Shown: positions 1 through 11,225, counted from the first letter of the stretch. The stretch is DNA of 64,000 nt from Thecamonas trahens ATCC 50062 (GCF_000142905.1 NW_013657661.1:186001-250000); one strand, 5' to 3'. Notes: generated from the sequence alone by a model not told the origin. Numbers and translations: made by a program.

Positions 1-419
1 TCTTGCCCCGTGTCGGGGACTTGGGCTCAAAGTTGACCTCGAACACAACCGACTCGGACATAATACAACCAATGAACGAACAAGCGAATCAACAAGAGTC
101 GAGTGCCTTCGGCTGGCGACAGGCGGCGGGCAACAGGCGGCAGGCGCCCAAAGGTTCCTCAACGCTCGGCGACGTGTCATCATGATGTGGCCATTAGTCG
201 TCCATCGACCATCACCCAAAGTTGATGCGGTGAAGGGGAACACACATGCACGGGCCTTACCCCAAGTCACTCACGATCACCTCCCCCTCCCCTTTCCTCC
301 CCATGTGCCCGGACGGTACGGTGGTTCATTTCATACGTCGCCACTAGCCTCGAAAGCAACGCAGCGCAGTCGCATCATCGCACGAGATCCAACCTCTTGG
401 CCCGGGCTATGCAGAGCGA

Positions 420-911
420 TCACAACGTGCCGGCCTCGAATGAGTCGTCAAAGTAGAGGCCAGCCATGCAGCGGAGAAAGTCGTCAAAGGTCAGCCTGCC
501 CGACATGTTCTCCGTCGACGAGGCGTAGAGAATGAGATCAGAGACCTCGGCCTCGGAAGGATCGGTACCTACGTCGACCATAGCCGCCATCAGGTCGTTG
601 TTCCCGATCGTCCCGTCGTCGCCGGCAAGCAGTGCAAAGATGGAGCGGACCTCCTTCATCTGCGCCGGCGAGAACCGCGCTCTGATCTCCTCCAGCGGCG
701 TTGTCCCGTCATCCAGCTCTTCCAGCGAGCCTCCACCACCACCACCACCACCACCACCGTCGCCACCTCCACCAACTCCGCCACCCTTTCCGCTCCGGCC
801 GCCTCGTCCGCGCGCCCGTCGCCCGCCACCTCCGCCACCTCCTCCACTCCCGCCAAGCCCGCCTCCATTGCTCCGCCCGCCGCTCCGCCCCGCGCTTCGC
901 CGCCCGCTCAT
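420..911 (-). CDS. EF-hand (calmodulin/centrin-like) protein with Gly/Arg-rich N-terminus
   Basis: C-terminal FSPAQMKEVRSIFALLAGDDGTIGNNDL...PSEAEVSDLI...GRLTFDDFLRCM resembles a calmodulin lobe. ATG at 911 chosen as the probable start. Confidence 0.7.
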   Translation of the reverse strand: MSGRRSAGRSGGRSNGGGLGGSGGGGGGGGRRARGRGGRSGKGGGVGGGGDGGGGGGGGGGSLEELDDGTTPLEEIRARFSPAQMKEVRSIFALLAGDDGTIGNNDLMAAMVDVGTDPSEAEVSDLILYASSTENMSGRLTFDDFLRCMAGLYFDDSFEAGTL

Positions 912-1125
912 CCTATCTTTGTCCCCCAAGTCCGAAGAGCAGCGTACGCCTGTTCGCTCTCGGCCACCTGCTGGCACACCAGCCATATGGTTGGCGCCCG
1001 CGCAGCCGACCACCGCCCACGCAGCCACCGCCAGTGCCAGCGCCAACTCCTCACTCGCCTCGCCCTCTCCTCCCTCACCTCCCTCTTATCCTCCTTCTCC
1101 TGCGTAGGCACCATTGTGGTTGGCT

Positions 1126-1968
1126 ATGGCTTCCATGGCCCATGCCGATGAGCATGCGTCGCGGGCAGAGCTCCTCCTCGAACTAAGCCGGTTGCGCTCC
1201 CGACTTGCCGCCGCTGATGCATACATCGCAAAACATCATGAGCCGTTGAGAGAATGTACGCCACAGAGATCTCCCATGGGAAGATGTGCCTCAAACTTCC
1301 CTCCTCTCCCTCCTCTCCCTTCCATCTATCGCCACTCATCCGTCTACGATCCAGATGCGGCTCAAGCGCCGTCGTTCATGCAGGTCGAGGCCCTCATGCT
1401 CGCCAACGAAAAGCTGAACGAACGCAACAAGGTGCTGGAAGACAAGGTGGCTAAGCTGAGTGCCGCGCATGCTGATGCAATGCTCGAGCTGGAAGTGCTC
1501 CGTGCCACCACAGGGAGATCGGCAATGAGCCAGGCCGAGTCGAGCCACAAGCCGCCGCGGGCACCGCTGGAGATCATGGCCGAGAACGTCGAGCTCGCCA
1601 CACGAGTCCGCTCGCTCGCCGCAGACAACAGAGCCATGACACGGACGCTTGCCTCACTCCGCTCGCAGTACTCGACGCAGCCGCTGACGGCTCCGCGAGT
1701 GCCGCAACAGACTGTTCGGTCGCCAGCGTCGCCTGCCGTCTCGCGCGACGATGCCATCGCCGCCCTCCCGCCGCTACCCGACCGCACCTCGCTCGCCACC
1801 ACGCTAGCCGCAATGTCGGACATGGTCTCGCACCTTGCCGACAAAGCCGATGCCGGATCGGTATCGGGCGACAACGACGACGGTGATGAGGCTGCGCGCG
1901 TGGCCGACCTCGCCGAGTCGTTCTCAGAGACGACCTGCGAGTGTTCGTCGTCCGACTCGGAGACATAG
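1126..1968 (+). CDS. Hypothetical coiled-coil protein
   Basis: Long ORF with heptad-like segments (LMLANEKLNERNKVLEDKVAKL). No family recognised. Confidence 0.6.
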   Translation: MASMAHADEHASRAELLLELSRLRSRLAAADAYIAKHHEPLRECTPQRSPMGRCASNFPPLPPLPSIYRHSSVYDPDAAQAPSFMQVEALMLANEKLNERNKVLEDKVAKLSAAHADAMLELEVLRATTGRSAMSQAESSHKPPRAPLEIMAENVELATRVRSLAADNRAMTRTLASLRSQYSTQPLTAPRVPQQTVRSPASPAVSRDDAIAALPPLPDRTSLATTLAAMSDMVSHLADKADAGSVSGDNDDGDEAARVADLAESFSETTCECSSSDSET

Positions 1969-1973
1969 CAGCC

Positions 1974-3371
1974 TCACCGGTGTTTGGCATACGCTGCACG
2001 CAGCGCATCTACAACCGGCCGCGGGTGGCCGTCTGCGTCAAGCGCGCCAAGCGCAGAGGCAATGCCGCCGATCATGTCAGCAAACCGCTTCGACTCGAGG
2101 TACTTGACGTGGCCCTTGCCAAAGATCCATTCGAGGAGGACAACTGGGTCCTCGTGGTTCTCGTAAAGCGCTGCGATCATGTTCAGTGCCGACACGTCTT
2201 CAGCAGTGTAACCGCCGGGTGGCGGGACAATGCCCGGCGTGGCCGAGATGGTAAAGAAGAAGAACCCGAGGCCGCCGTTGGCAAAGACAGCGTCAACCGT
2301 CGCTGCCACACACGACGCCTGGTTCGCCTGAGTGTAGTTGGCGGCGGCCGGGAACGTCGTCGATGCGTTGCATCCAGCACCGCAGACCGGATAGCCAGTC
2401 TCCATGATCATCACCGGCTTGTCAGCCTGCCCGATTGTGGCAAGCACGCTGCGGGCGGCTTTGACCCGCTCGCCAACCACCGAAGCCAGGCACGGCGTCG
2501 CCACCACCATGTTGGGGTACGCGTCCATAGAGACCCAGTCGAGCATCGGCGCCCACGCCGCAATGGCATCGGTATAGAAGCCCTTGAGGTCCAGGACGGT
2601 ATGAACCCACTTGGCGACGTCGGTGTGGACATTCTGGGTTACCATGGGTGGAGAGAGCGCGGTCCGCGCGGCTTCGCCGAGCTCGGCGGCGCCGGCCGCG
2701 TGCCCGGCAACGACTGCGGCCTTGAGAGTGCCGAGGAGCCGGGTGAGAAAGTCCCAGTCGCGCCACAGCGAGCCGAGGACTTGCCGACGCCGCTGGCCGG
2801 CGATCGATGCCAGATACGCCTCGTTGAGCTCGTTCTCGATTTGGTATAGGTGCACGCCCGACGCCACGTACCGCTTCGCGCAAGCGAACGACGTCATGTA
2901 CATGTACGCCAGGTAGACTTCTGCGCCGATGACGTTCGGGTCGGCAATATCGTCGGCGCCGTAGTGCGGCAACGAGTTGGTGGCGCCTCCCCCAACCTGC
3001 AGCACGACGTGGGGCACGGCAGCAGCCATGTCGGCCACCCGACCATCGACCTCAGTCCACACCACGTTCGGCGAGGCAGCCCAAGCGTCGGCCAGCTCTG
3101 GACGGGCGACGACATCAGCAAGTGTGAGCGAAGTGTTGAGGCTCTTAGTCACGTTCTGCTCGATATACGCCCATGATGCGTACACCCGCCCTCCGTTGGC
3201 GCCCATGGCTTTGAGCGCCGCGTAGTCGCTCGCCGCGTGCCGAGTCGAGCCGCCGACCAGCGGGAAGACGCCACTGGGAGGAGGAGCCGGAGCGGCACAT
3301 GTGGTGGTGGTAGTGGCTGCAACGAGTACCACCGCAACAAGCATGGTCATAGCGCGACGGTGGAGAAACAT
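1974..3371 (-). CDS. Secreted clan GH-A glycoside hydrolase-like protein (TIM barrel)
   Basis: Signal peptide. Acid/base-like motif YQIENELNE and nucleophile-like motif VMIMETGYP, plus DWVSMDAYP. Confidence 0.7.
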   Translation of the reverse strand: MFLHRRAMTMLVAVVLVAATTTTTCAAPAPPPSGVFPLVGGSTRHAASDYAALKAMGANGGRVYASWAYIEQNVTKSLNTSLTLADVVARPELADAWAASPNVVWTEVDGRVADMAAAVPHVVLQVGGGATNSLPHYGADDIADPNVIGAEVYLAYMYMTSFACAKRYVASGVHLYQIENELNEAYLASIAGQRRRQVLGSLWRDWDFLTRLLGTLKAAVVAGHAAGAAELGEAARTALSPPMVTQNVHTDVAKWVHTVLDLKGFYTDAIAAWAPMLDWVSMDAYPNMVVATPCLASVVGERVKAARSVLATIGQADKPVMIMETGYPVCGAGCNASTTFPAAANYTQANQASCVAATVDAVFANGGLGFFFFTISATPGIVPPPGGYTAEDVSALNMIAALYENHEDPVVLLEWIFGKGHVKYLESKRFADMIGGIASALGALDADGHPRPVVDALRAAYAKHR

Positions 3372-3400
3372 GGTGTGTGTGTGTGTGAAGACTCCAGACG

Positions 3401-4899
3401 TCACGTGTTTACCGCCACAGCGGTGGCCAGGCTTGGGCCGGTCGGTGGGTCAGGTGTGGCAGCGGCAACCGCCGGCGCAGGACTCGTACCAGAACCGACG
3501 GGCGCAGCGAGAGCAGCATTGGCCTGGGCAAGCTCGTGCTCGCGACGGAGATAGTTGGGCCGGATGAAGAACGAGAGGAGGTAAAGGACGGTCCACTCGA
3601 TGACAAGGAACCAGAGCGAGTTGGTCATCTTGCGCGGCGGGTGTGGATCCTGAAGCGCGTCGAGGGCAAGGACCTGGACAAACGCCGAGCCGGTACCGAT
3701 CATATACATCAGGCCGTTGGACGCCGACTCGGGGACCGGAAAAGTGACCTCGACCGCGAGCTCGAGACAGACGGGCGTCATGGCGAGGACAAAAAGCCAG
3801 AGGCGGCGGAGCAGGCGTAGAGCTCGATGACCGACATGTGCGAGAGGCGAAGGAAGAGCCACCACTGCGAGCCAAGGAGACCGGTAAGCGCGGCAATGAT
3901 GATGGGCCGGAAGGCGTGGGTGGCATCAAGAACAGCACCGGCGGCAAAGGCGCCAAACAGGCCGGCACCGATGACGCACACTCCGACGTTACCGGCCTCC
4001 TCGGTGGTGAAGCCCTCGGGGAGGAGGATCTGGTTGAGAACGGTGAGGTACGACTGGAAGGCACCAAAGCCCAGGCCAAAGAGCAGCAGGATGATGAGAA
4101 AGTTGACGTTGGTGAGCAACGACTTGTAGCCCGGAGTCGCTCGCGGTTGTGTGGCCTGCTCGCCGAGCAGCGGCGCAGCCTCGAGGGCGGCAGCCTTGGT
4201 CACGGCCTTGCCCGAGTCGGCGGCGTCGGCGGCCGGCGACGGCGGCGTCGGCGGGCGGGAGCGGAAGAAGATAAAGGTGGCGAGGGCAAGGGCCGAGGTG
4301 AAGACGGCCTGGCCAAAGGTCAGATCCTTGAGTTGCGAGCCTGTCTTGACGATGGCTGGGTTCATGCCAAACGCCACGCCCGAGCCAAGCACGTTGGTGA
4401 AGGAGGCAAAGGTAGTGGCGAGAGTTCGGCGCTCCGGCTCGAACCACGAGGCCGAAAACATGGTCATGGTCGAGACGATGAAAGGCTGGCCAATGGCGGT
4501 GAGCGACTGACCCGTGATAGCCCAGATGAAGCCGTTGGGCGTGGCGCCGATCCATCGCAGCCATGTGCCTGCGGCCATAAAAGCCATGCCGATGGAGAGG
4601 CAGACATGGAGGGAGGAGACATGGAGGACATAGGCAGCAGCGAGGGTAAAGGGCGGAAAAGCCAGCATGTACGACGTGGCCATGAGATTGATCTCTGTGG
4701 TAGAGACGCCGTAGTAGAGCCGCGAGATGTCTTGCACAGCTGCGTAAGTCATCTGCAGCAGCGAGCACATCAGTCCGAGCATGCAGAAGAGGGCGAGCAT
4801 GGCCCACCGTCGCGTGTACACCCTATACTCTTGCTCCCCACCGGGAACTCCATTCGCTCTCTCACCATCTTCCCTGCTCTCCACTTGCTGGACCTGCAT
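3401..4899 (-). CDS. FLVCR/SLC49-family MFS transporter (1-bp frameshift at ~3791-3795)
   Basis: YRVYTRRWAML, WFEPERRTLAT, RPPTPPS and LELAVEVTFPVPES motifs. The two ORFs join if one T is added to a T5 run (SGFFVLAMTP). Confidence 0.85.
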
Positions 4900-5096
4900 G
4901 TCACTGCCTTGCTGCTGTGGGGCGGTGAGGGTGGTGTCGGCTGGCGTGCCTGCTGCGGCGAGTGGTGTGGCACGGGCACGCGCCCTCGGGCCACTGCCAG
5001 CCGGAAAAGGACCTGTACAGATGGCTTCTGGTCAACCGATTGAGCCAGTCCATCCAGGAGAAGCCGATTCCACTATGAAAGCCACGGCCTTCCATC

Positions 5097-5295
5097 CGAT
5101 GGCGGCCTACATGCAGCCGATCCCGCTGCGAAAGCCAAAGCCTCTGCCGTTCGATGGCGGCCTACATGCAGCCGATCCCGCTGCGAAAGCCAAAGCCTCT
5201 GCCATTCGATGGCGGCCTACTTGCAGCCGATCCCGCTGCGAAAGCCAAAGCCTCTGCCATTCGATGGCGGCCTACATGCAGCCGATCCCGTTGCG
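5097..5295. repeat. 55-bp tandem repeat, ~3.6 copies
   Basis: Unit cgatggcggcctacatgcagccgatcccgctgcgaaagccaaagcctctgccRtt starts at 5097, 5152, 5207 and 5262. Confidence 0.95.
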
Positions 5296-5307
5296 CAAGG
5301 TCCGACT

Positions 5308-5349
5308 CAATGTTCGCCTCCATGATCCAATGTTCGCCTCCATGATCCA
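5308..5349. repeat. 20-bp direct tandem duplication
   Basis: caatgttcgcctccatgatc x2. Confidence 0.9.
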
Positions 5350-5408
5350 GCTCTTTGAACAGGAGAGCACACCACCTCCTGAGGCGAACAGCCACACACC
5401 CGACCCCA

Positions 5409-5418
5409 CCACACACAC

Positions 5419-5449
<31 letters not shown>

Positions 5450-5454
5450 TACAT
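5409..5454. repeat. (CA)n/(CACATA)n microsatellite
   Basis: acacacacacacatacacatacacatacac... immediately before the ATG at 5455. Confidence 0.9.
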
Positions 5455-6363
5455 ATGGCCGGTAGAGAGGATAGCAGGATACAGCTGACAGGGGCGGCAC
5501 TCTCGGGTTTGCTCTTTGCCGCCGTGGCCGCCTCGGGCGGACCCATGGCGCCGGTGGAGGGCCTGCTCTTTGGCTCGCGGACGGTCCGATCGGCTACGGC
5601 GCTTACGGACGACACCACGGCGGCACAAGTGACAGCAGGCGAGTCAACGCTTAGTCTGGCAACGACTACCGTGGCCTCTGTTCTTCCGACCGGTTCCTCG
5701 CTCTCCTTTTATCGCCCCTCGGGCGCCATCGATGGCAACGCACTCGAAGACGCACGCGCCGCACGGACAGAGGCATCGCCTGGTCTGTGTTGTGTCGGCT
5801 GGTGGCGCGCGCGCAAGGGCCTTCCGCTCACCCCCACCCTACGCGAGACTGCCGTCCTTGCGGGCCTCGCTCAGGAGCTCGACTCGGACGCTCCGCCGCC
5901 GCTGCTGGTCCTGCTGCGAACTGCCGCATCGGCCGCCATCCATGACGTCTCCTATGCCGTCTACTCGCTCGATCCGGCAACCGGCACCCCAGTCATGGTC
6001 CGTGCACCTGTCACTAACCTTGTTGACTCTTCCAACGCAGAGTACGCAGCGCTGAGCGCGTCGTCGCTCTTCCCACGCGATGCAGGCGTTGCAGGTGCCC
6101 TCGCTGCCGCCACCGCCCCGCTCGCTGCCTCGGCTGAAGCTTCGGAGACCCTCTTTTCCTCGGTCCTCCGCCATGTTGCCTCGCTCTCTGATGACCTTGT
6201 TGCCACCCATGCCTCCATCGCTGCTGTCCAGGCCGAGATCCGCGCTTTGGAAGCAGCCGCCACCCCGCCCACAGCCACCCCGCCCCCCGCAGGCCCACCC
6301 CCCGCAGGCCCGCCCCCCGCAGGCCCGCCCCCCGCAGGCCCGCCTCCATCGTACAGCACATAG
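5455..6363 (+). CDS. Abraxas/FAM175 family (BRISC/BRCA1-A subunit, MPN- domain plus coiled coil)
   Basis: VEGLLFG...SFYRPSGAID...VGWWRARK...TLRE matches the Abraxas pattern (EGFLLG, SFYNSSGEV, VVGWYKFR, TFRE). A coiled coil and Pro-rich tail follow. Confidence 0.8.
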   Translation: MAGREDSRIQLTGAALSGLLFAAVAASGGPMAPVEGLLFGSRTVRSATALTDDTTAAQVTAGESTLSLATTTVASVLPTGSSLSFYRPSGAIDGNALEDARAARTEASPGLCCVGWWRARKGLPLTPTLRETAVLAGLAQELDSDAPPPLLVLLRTAASAAIHDVSYAVYSLDPATGTPVMVRAPVTNLVDSSNAEYAALSASSLFPRDAGVAGALAAATAPLAASAEASETLFSSVLRHVASLSDDLVATHASIAAVQAEIRALEAAATPPTATPPPAGPPPAGPPPAGPPPAGPPPSYST

Positions 6364-6513
6364 CCGGCCACAACCCAAACCACAGATCAATCTGACTCAC
6401 CCGGTCGTCGCCATCGGATCCGCCAGCTCCGGCGCGCGCGCCCCCCCTCCCCTCCCCTGCCGGGTCCAACCCCACCACCGCACTCCACACCATCACACTA
6501 CGCTGCCACACTC

Positions 6514-9461
6514 ATGCATGCACTCAAGGCTCTCCTCGACGAGGTCAGCGAACATGCGGCCGCAGTGGTGAGCGAGCACTTTCATGCGGCAACAGCGTCA
6601 GTACCTCTCGGCCGGGTCCTGGCGAGCTACCTGGCCCGAGCCGTGGTGGAGACCCGCGAGGCGGCAACAGACCCGCTAGTCGGCCCCACTCTCCGGCTAC
6701 CCTCACAAGCGTCACTCTATGAGACAGTTAACAGGGCAGGACCGGGCCTCGACTCGCTCGCCCTGCTCCCGGTGGTGGCTCACGGCATGCCGGCTCAGCT
6801 CGTCGCGCCACAGCTCGCATCGCGCCTCGTCACCATGGTTCATGCCGCCACAGGCGGTGCGGCTGCCCCGACTGTGGATGGAAGTATGGTAGCGCATCCG
6901 CCGCGCTCATCACCGGCTGACGGCCGCATTGTCTATGCCATCGCAGGTGGTGTGGCCAAGTTTCAGGCTGTCTCGGCTCGCTCCTCTGGCCGAAAGCGCA
7001 TCAAGGTCGTCGGCTTTGATGGCCTCCACCCCATGCATCGTCGTCCGTCACAGCCTTTGCCTCGACTGCTACTCTCTCTCACCGCCGTCGGCGCCGCCGC
7101 CGCAAAAGAGGTAAGGGCAAGGGTCGTGCAGCCCGCTCTCGCGAGGCGAGCTCCCGCGCCTCGGGCTCCAACTCGGACTGTGCAAAGTCTGGTCGCGGCC
7201 AGACACCATCACGCTCGCGGCCAGCGTCCTCCAACGGGAGCGCGGACTCCGACTCGCCATCCGGCTCGCAGAGCTCGGGAAAGAGTGATGCCACTGCAAG
7301 AGAGGCATCCCACCTCAACGTGAGCGGGAGCGAGACCGCCCGGATGCGCCGCTCACGATCGCGGCGAGCCACCGTCTCGGATGCACCACCCTCGCTGCGA
7401 TCAGTCAAGTCGGTGTTTTCGGCCGCTGCCGCTGCCGCTGCCGCTGCTGCCCGCCACCGCAAGCGGCCTGCAGGTGACGACTCGGTGGCGGGCCTGGCCG
7501 GCACCGATGCCGCTCGCGGCAACGAGCCGGGTGCCGGTCATCGCGTGGCTGGCGACTGTACTGACCGCCAGGAGGCTTCGGACGGCTCCGGCTCGTCGTC
7601 GGCTGCCAAGAAGCGGGCTCGCCGCCGCCCACGCCGTGGGCGTCGCTCACCGCGCCGCCGCCGCCGTGGGTCAGCGTCGCACGGCGCTGACTCGTCGTCG
7701 CCAGCCACCCTATCTGCGTCATCATCGTCGTCGTGGTCGACTTCGTCGCTCGACGAGCTCGAGTCAACGCTCACTCTCCTCCGCTCGGGCACTGATCTTG
7801 GCGAAATACTGGGAGATGGCGCTAACCATGATAGCGCTTCGGGGGACAAGACCGGCCGCCGACGGACATATGTGCTCTGCTTTGTCGTCGCCACTGCGCG
7901 GGATGTCTCGCGCTCTGCAAGTCGCTGCGTGCCGCACACCCTGCTTACTTCGCCATCGCTCGGCAGCCTACGCAACGCGCTTGTCGATGCCCTCGTTGCC
8001 ACCCGCCTCCGTGCTGGCATCTCCGGCAAGGTCCACGCTGCGTTTTGCGATGCGCTTGAGGCCTCACTCCGCAACCCCAAGCAGGAGCTTACCGTCCCGC
8101 AGGGCTTCCTCTCCTACGAGGTCATTGTCCGAGCGTATGGACCCGACGCGACGCCAGCACAGCTATTCCGTGACGCATTGCAAGCAGCCGAGCCAATGGT
8201 CATGCGGGCCGAGCCATCGCGATTCGACGCTCACATCGCCGTCGGTGTCTACGGCACCGCTGCCAGTATGCTCGGTGTTGCGGTGGCGGTTGTGTGGCGG
8301 GCGCAGGCGCAAGCAGCGGCAGTGGCCAAGGCCCGGCTGGGTGGCTTGCTCGATCACAACGATAACCTCGACCCATTGCGTCTCGAGCATGTGCTCCAGG
8401 TCCGAGTCTCAGAATACCGCTCACTCGCGGCATCGCGCCAGGTCTGGTCATCAACGCTGGCGTCGTCGGTCCGTGACGCGTACGCCGACCTGTTCCACGG
8501 GCCTGGCGGAGCTGACAGAGCCGCCGTTGACGTGGCAAGCAATCCTGCACGAAGCGTCAATCTGGTGCCGCCGCGCGGGCTCTCGTGGGTCCGCCATATT
8601 ATCTGTTCGTTTGCCGGCTGGCCGCTCTCGGCACTTGCCGCCTTTGTTGCCTCGCATCCGTTTTGGGACACGGATCTGGGCCCTGCTCCGGTTGTGCGAC
8701 GTGCTCTGGTTGTTTTTCCGGCTGTGCTCGACGGCCATCGTGTGGCGCGCGAAAACACGTCCCAGAGCAGCCGCGAGCAGAGCGCAGAGCTCTCGGTGGT
8801 GATGGCTGTCGCCTGGCGAGCGGCCGACGCCGCAGGCATGCGCACCGTCCTCCCTGTAGGTGAGGATGAGCGTGAGGTTGTCTTTGCGCCTGATGCCGCC
8901 ACAGGCACGGCGCTGAAGCAGCTTGAGCAGCGGGCTCGGACGCCCGGCTCGCACCCAGCACCACGGGCCTCGACCGCGGCTGCCACTGCATTCGGCGTCG
9001 ATGCCGCCGCGCTTTCGTCGTTCTCGCAGCACCTGCTCGCGCCTGTCCTTGTCCGGCCCGGAGTGTATCTGGGGTCGGAGATTGCGGCGGCATCGCGCGG
9101 GGTGCTCGACGTGCTTGGCGTGAGCCACGTCGTGTGGGACGTGCCGCGCGAGCGAGCGTCTGGCACGTCACGCCCGCTCCACGAGCTCAGCTTTGCCGCC
9201 CATAATCTGGCGCTGGCGACCAAGATTGCTCTCACCGCAGCCTTTGTCCGTCGCGCCACGGCCAGTTCGCCGAATGCGCGTGTTCTCGTGGCCGGCGTCA
9301 CCGGTCTCGAGTCGGCAGCCGCGCTCTGTGCCGGCCTGCTCCTCGAGCTGGACAAGGTCGACCCAAAGAGTGCGCTCGCCACGATACAGCAGATCCAGCC
9401 GGGAATGGAGCTCTCGCGGGAGCTTGTCCACGAGCTGCTCACTTACAACCGGAGCAAGTAA
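6514..9461 (+). CDS. Large protein with C-terminal dual-specificity phosphatase-like domain (pseudophosphatase); frameshift at ~7023
   Basis: The frame of ORF 7320..9461 stays open back to ~7020, and adding one C joins it to the 6514 ORF. The C-terminus PGVYLGS...LGVSHVV...RVLVAGVTGLES follows the DSP fold pattern but lacks HCx5R. Confidence 0.6.
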
Positions 9462-9541
9462 CACATGCCTGAATCACTCTTGGCCCACCCCGCCCCACCC
9501 CGCCCTACCCCGTACCCGCTGCTCTGCAATGTGTCTATGCT

Positions 9542-10261
9542 TCACTTCTCGTGCTTCCACAAGCCGTCGCCGAGAAAGGTGACGGAGATGATGGCCACGC
9601 CGGTCTTCTCGGCGCGGATGGTATCAGCAGAGAGCTCCATCTTGCCGACAGCAATAGGCTGCGACTTGCCCTCGACGTGAATGACGACAGGTGTGCCAGC
9701 GGGAATGTCGCCCTCGATGGACCCGCCCTCCGAGGTGAGGCCTGGGGCCATGATGTTGGCGCCTTTGAGCGCAGCGCGGATGGTGCCCTTGTCGACCGTC
9801 ACCGACTTCATCATGCCCGGATACTGCATGGCGACACGAAGCGTCGGGAAGATGAGGTCGTTCTTTGGCTGAACAAAGAGAATCTCATCGCGGACCGAGT
9901 ACAGCGTCCCGCGCGGGTTCTGGCACTTGATCGAGTACACAGGCGTGCCCTTCTTGGGCACCATCTCGTCGATGATCTGCGCCAGCGCCGGATACTGCTC
10001 CACAACAGACGCCTTGAGCCCACGCACAGCAGACGACTTGAGCTGCGTGCTCGAGCCCACCTGAATCCTATCCCCATACACGCCACCATCCCCCCATGAG
10101 TCACCCCCTTCCTCCCTCCCCCCCCCCCCCTCCGCTCCCCTCCTCAGCCATCAACGCCATCATCGCCCCAAACCCCCACCCCCCCACCCCCCCTTCCCTT
10201 CCCCTCTCCCTTTCCCCTTTCCCTTGCAAAACCACCCCACGTCTTCGTACTTCTTGAACAT
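9542..10261 (-). CDS. MCTS1: MCTS1/Tma20 translation re-initiation factor (PUA domain); 2 exons (10241-10261, 9542-10060)
   Basis: MFKK exon; GT..CAG intron 10061-10240; QLKSSAVRGLK, FPTLR, VDKG, GANIMAPGLTS and GDGLW motifs. Confidence 0.9.
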
Positions 10262-10316
10262 GGCCGGTGTAGAGGCAGAGAGGGGACAAGTGAGGCTCCG
10301 CTGTCGTCACCGTCTC

Positions 10317-10368
10317 CGTCACCCGTCTCCTGCGGCAAGTCGCGTCACCCGTCTCCTGCGGCAAGTCG
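10317..10368. repeat. 26-bp direct repeat upstream of MCTS1
   Basis: cgtcacccgtctcctgcggcaagtcg x2, preceded by a partial copy. Confidence 0.9.
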
Positions 10369-10505
10369 GGCATGACCCATTCGAGTGCACATGGTGCATG
10401 GCTATGGGATCTGGGCTAAAGCATAAGAATGGAGGTCATCCACTCAAGCAGGCAATTTATCACACACTCTTTGTCGCGTTACGGACCGCCCCGGCTTTGA
10501 TGTGA

Positions 10506-11225
10506 CTAGGCGTCGTCACGAATGAGGTGCTTGCGGACAAAGGCCTTGATGTCGACGAGCTCGAGGTCGCAGAGCGAGTGGCCCATGCCCTCATAGGTCT
10601 CAAAGGTGAGCGGCAGATTGAGCGAGGTGAGCAGATCGGCGGTCGCCTTACCCCACTCGTACTTGACCACCATATCAAAGTCGCCGTGGCCGTGGAAGAG
10701 CGGGGTGCGGAGCGACGAGTCGGCGGCGACCGAGTCGTCGACGCTGGGGATGCCGTGGTCGTCAAACGAGCGCGGGAGATAGGCCGAGAGGGCGATGAAG
10801 GCACCGATCTTGGGCACTTTGCCCGAGAGCATAACATGGAGGGTGACGACACCCCCCTGAGAGAAGCCCATCAGGCCGACATTCTCCCAGCCGACCTTCT
10901 CGGCCTCAGCCTCCATGAGCGGGACGATGGCGGCGGCAGCAGCATCGAGGCCTTCGATGTCGATCTTGTCGTCAGCTCCGAGACCGTAGATGTCGTACCA
11001 TGACGGACAGCGAGCACCACCGTTGATGGTCACCGGCTGGTTCGGTGCCGTGGGAAGGATGACGTGCAGGCCCGGAAAGGCCGCCGCAAGCTGTCGCCCA
11101 GGAGGCGCCCACCCGCGGGCGGAGTCGCCCAGTCCGTGGACAATAAACAGCGAAGCGCGGTGCTCACCAGACGACGAGCTCGGGTACCGCAGCAGCTCGG
11201 CAAGCTCAAGCGGATCAGCAGCCAT
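10506..11225 (-). CDS. Acyl-protein thioesterase / lysophospholipase (LYPLA family)
   Basis: HGLGDS, PTAP..PVTINGG..PSWYDI, GFSQGG, HGDFDMVV and YEGMGHS catalytic triad motifs. Confidence 0.92.
   Translation of the reverse strand: MAADPLELAELLRYPSSSSGEHRASLFIVHGLGDSARGWAPPGRQLAAAFPGLHVILPTAPNQPVTINGGARCPSWYDIYGLGADDKIDIEGLDAAAAAIVPLMEAEAEKVGWENVGLMGFSQGGVVTLHVMLSGKVPKIGAFIALSAYLPRSFDDHGIPSVDDSVAADSSLRTPLFHGHGDFDMVVKYEWGKATADLLTSLNLPLTFETYEGMGHSLCDLELVDIKAFVRKHLIRDDA

Noticed and set aside
1-61. Possible 5' end of a minus-strand gene (MSESVVFEVNFEPK...)
   Set aside because: Too short at the window edge to support.
3778-3780. Second selenocysteine/readthrough UGA in the MFS gene
   Set aside because: Homology continues in a different frame, so this is a frameshift rather than in-frame readthrough.
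5097-5295. CRISPR-like array
   Set aside because: Units are contiguous near-identical repeats with no unique spacers; eukaryotic context; no cas genes.
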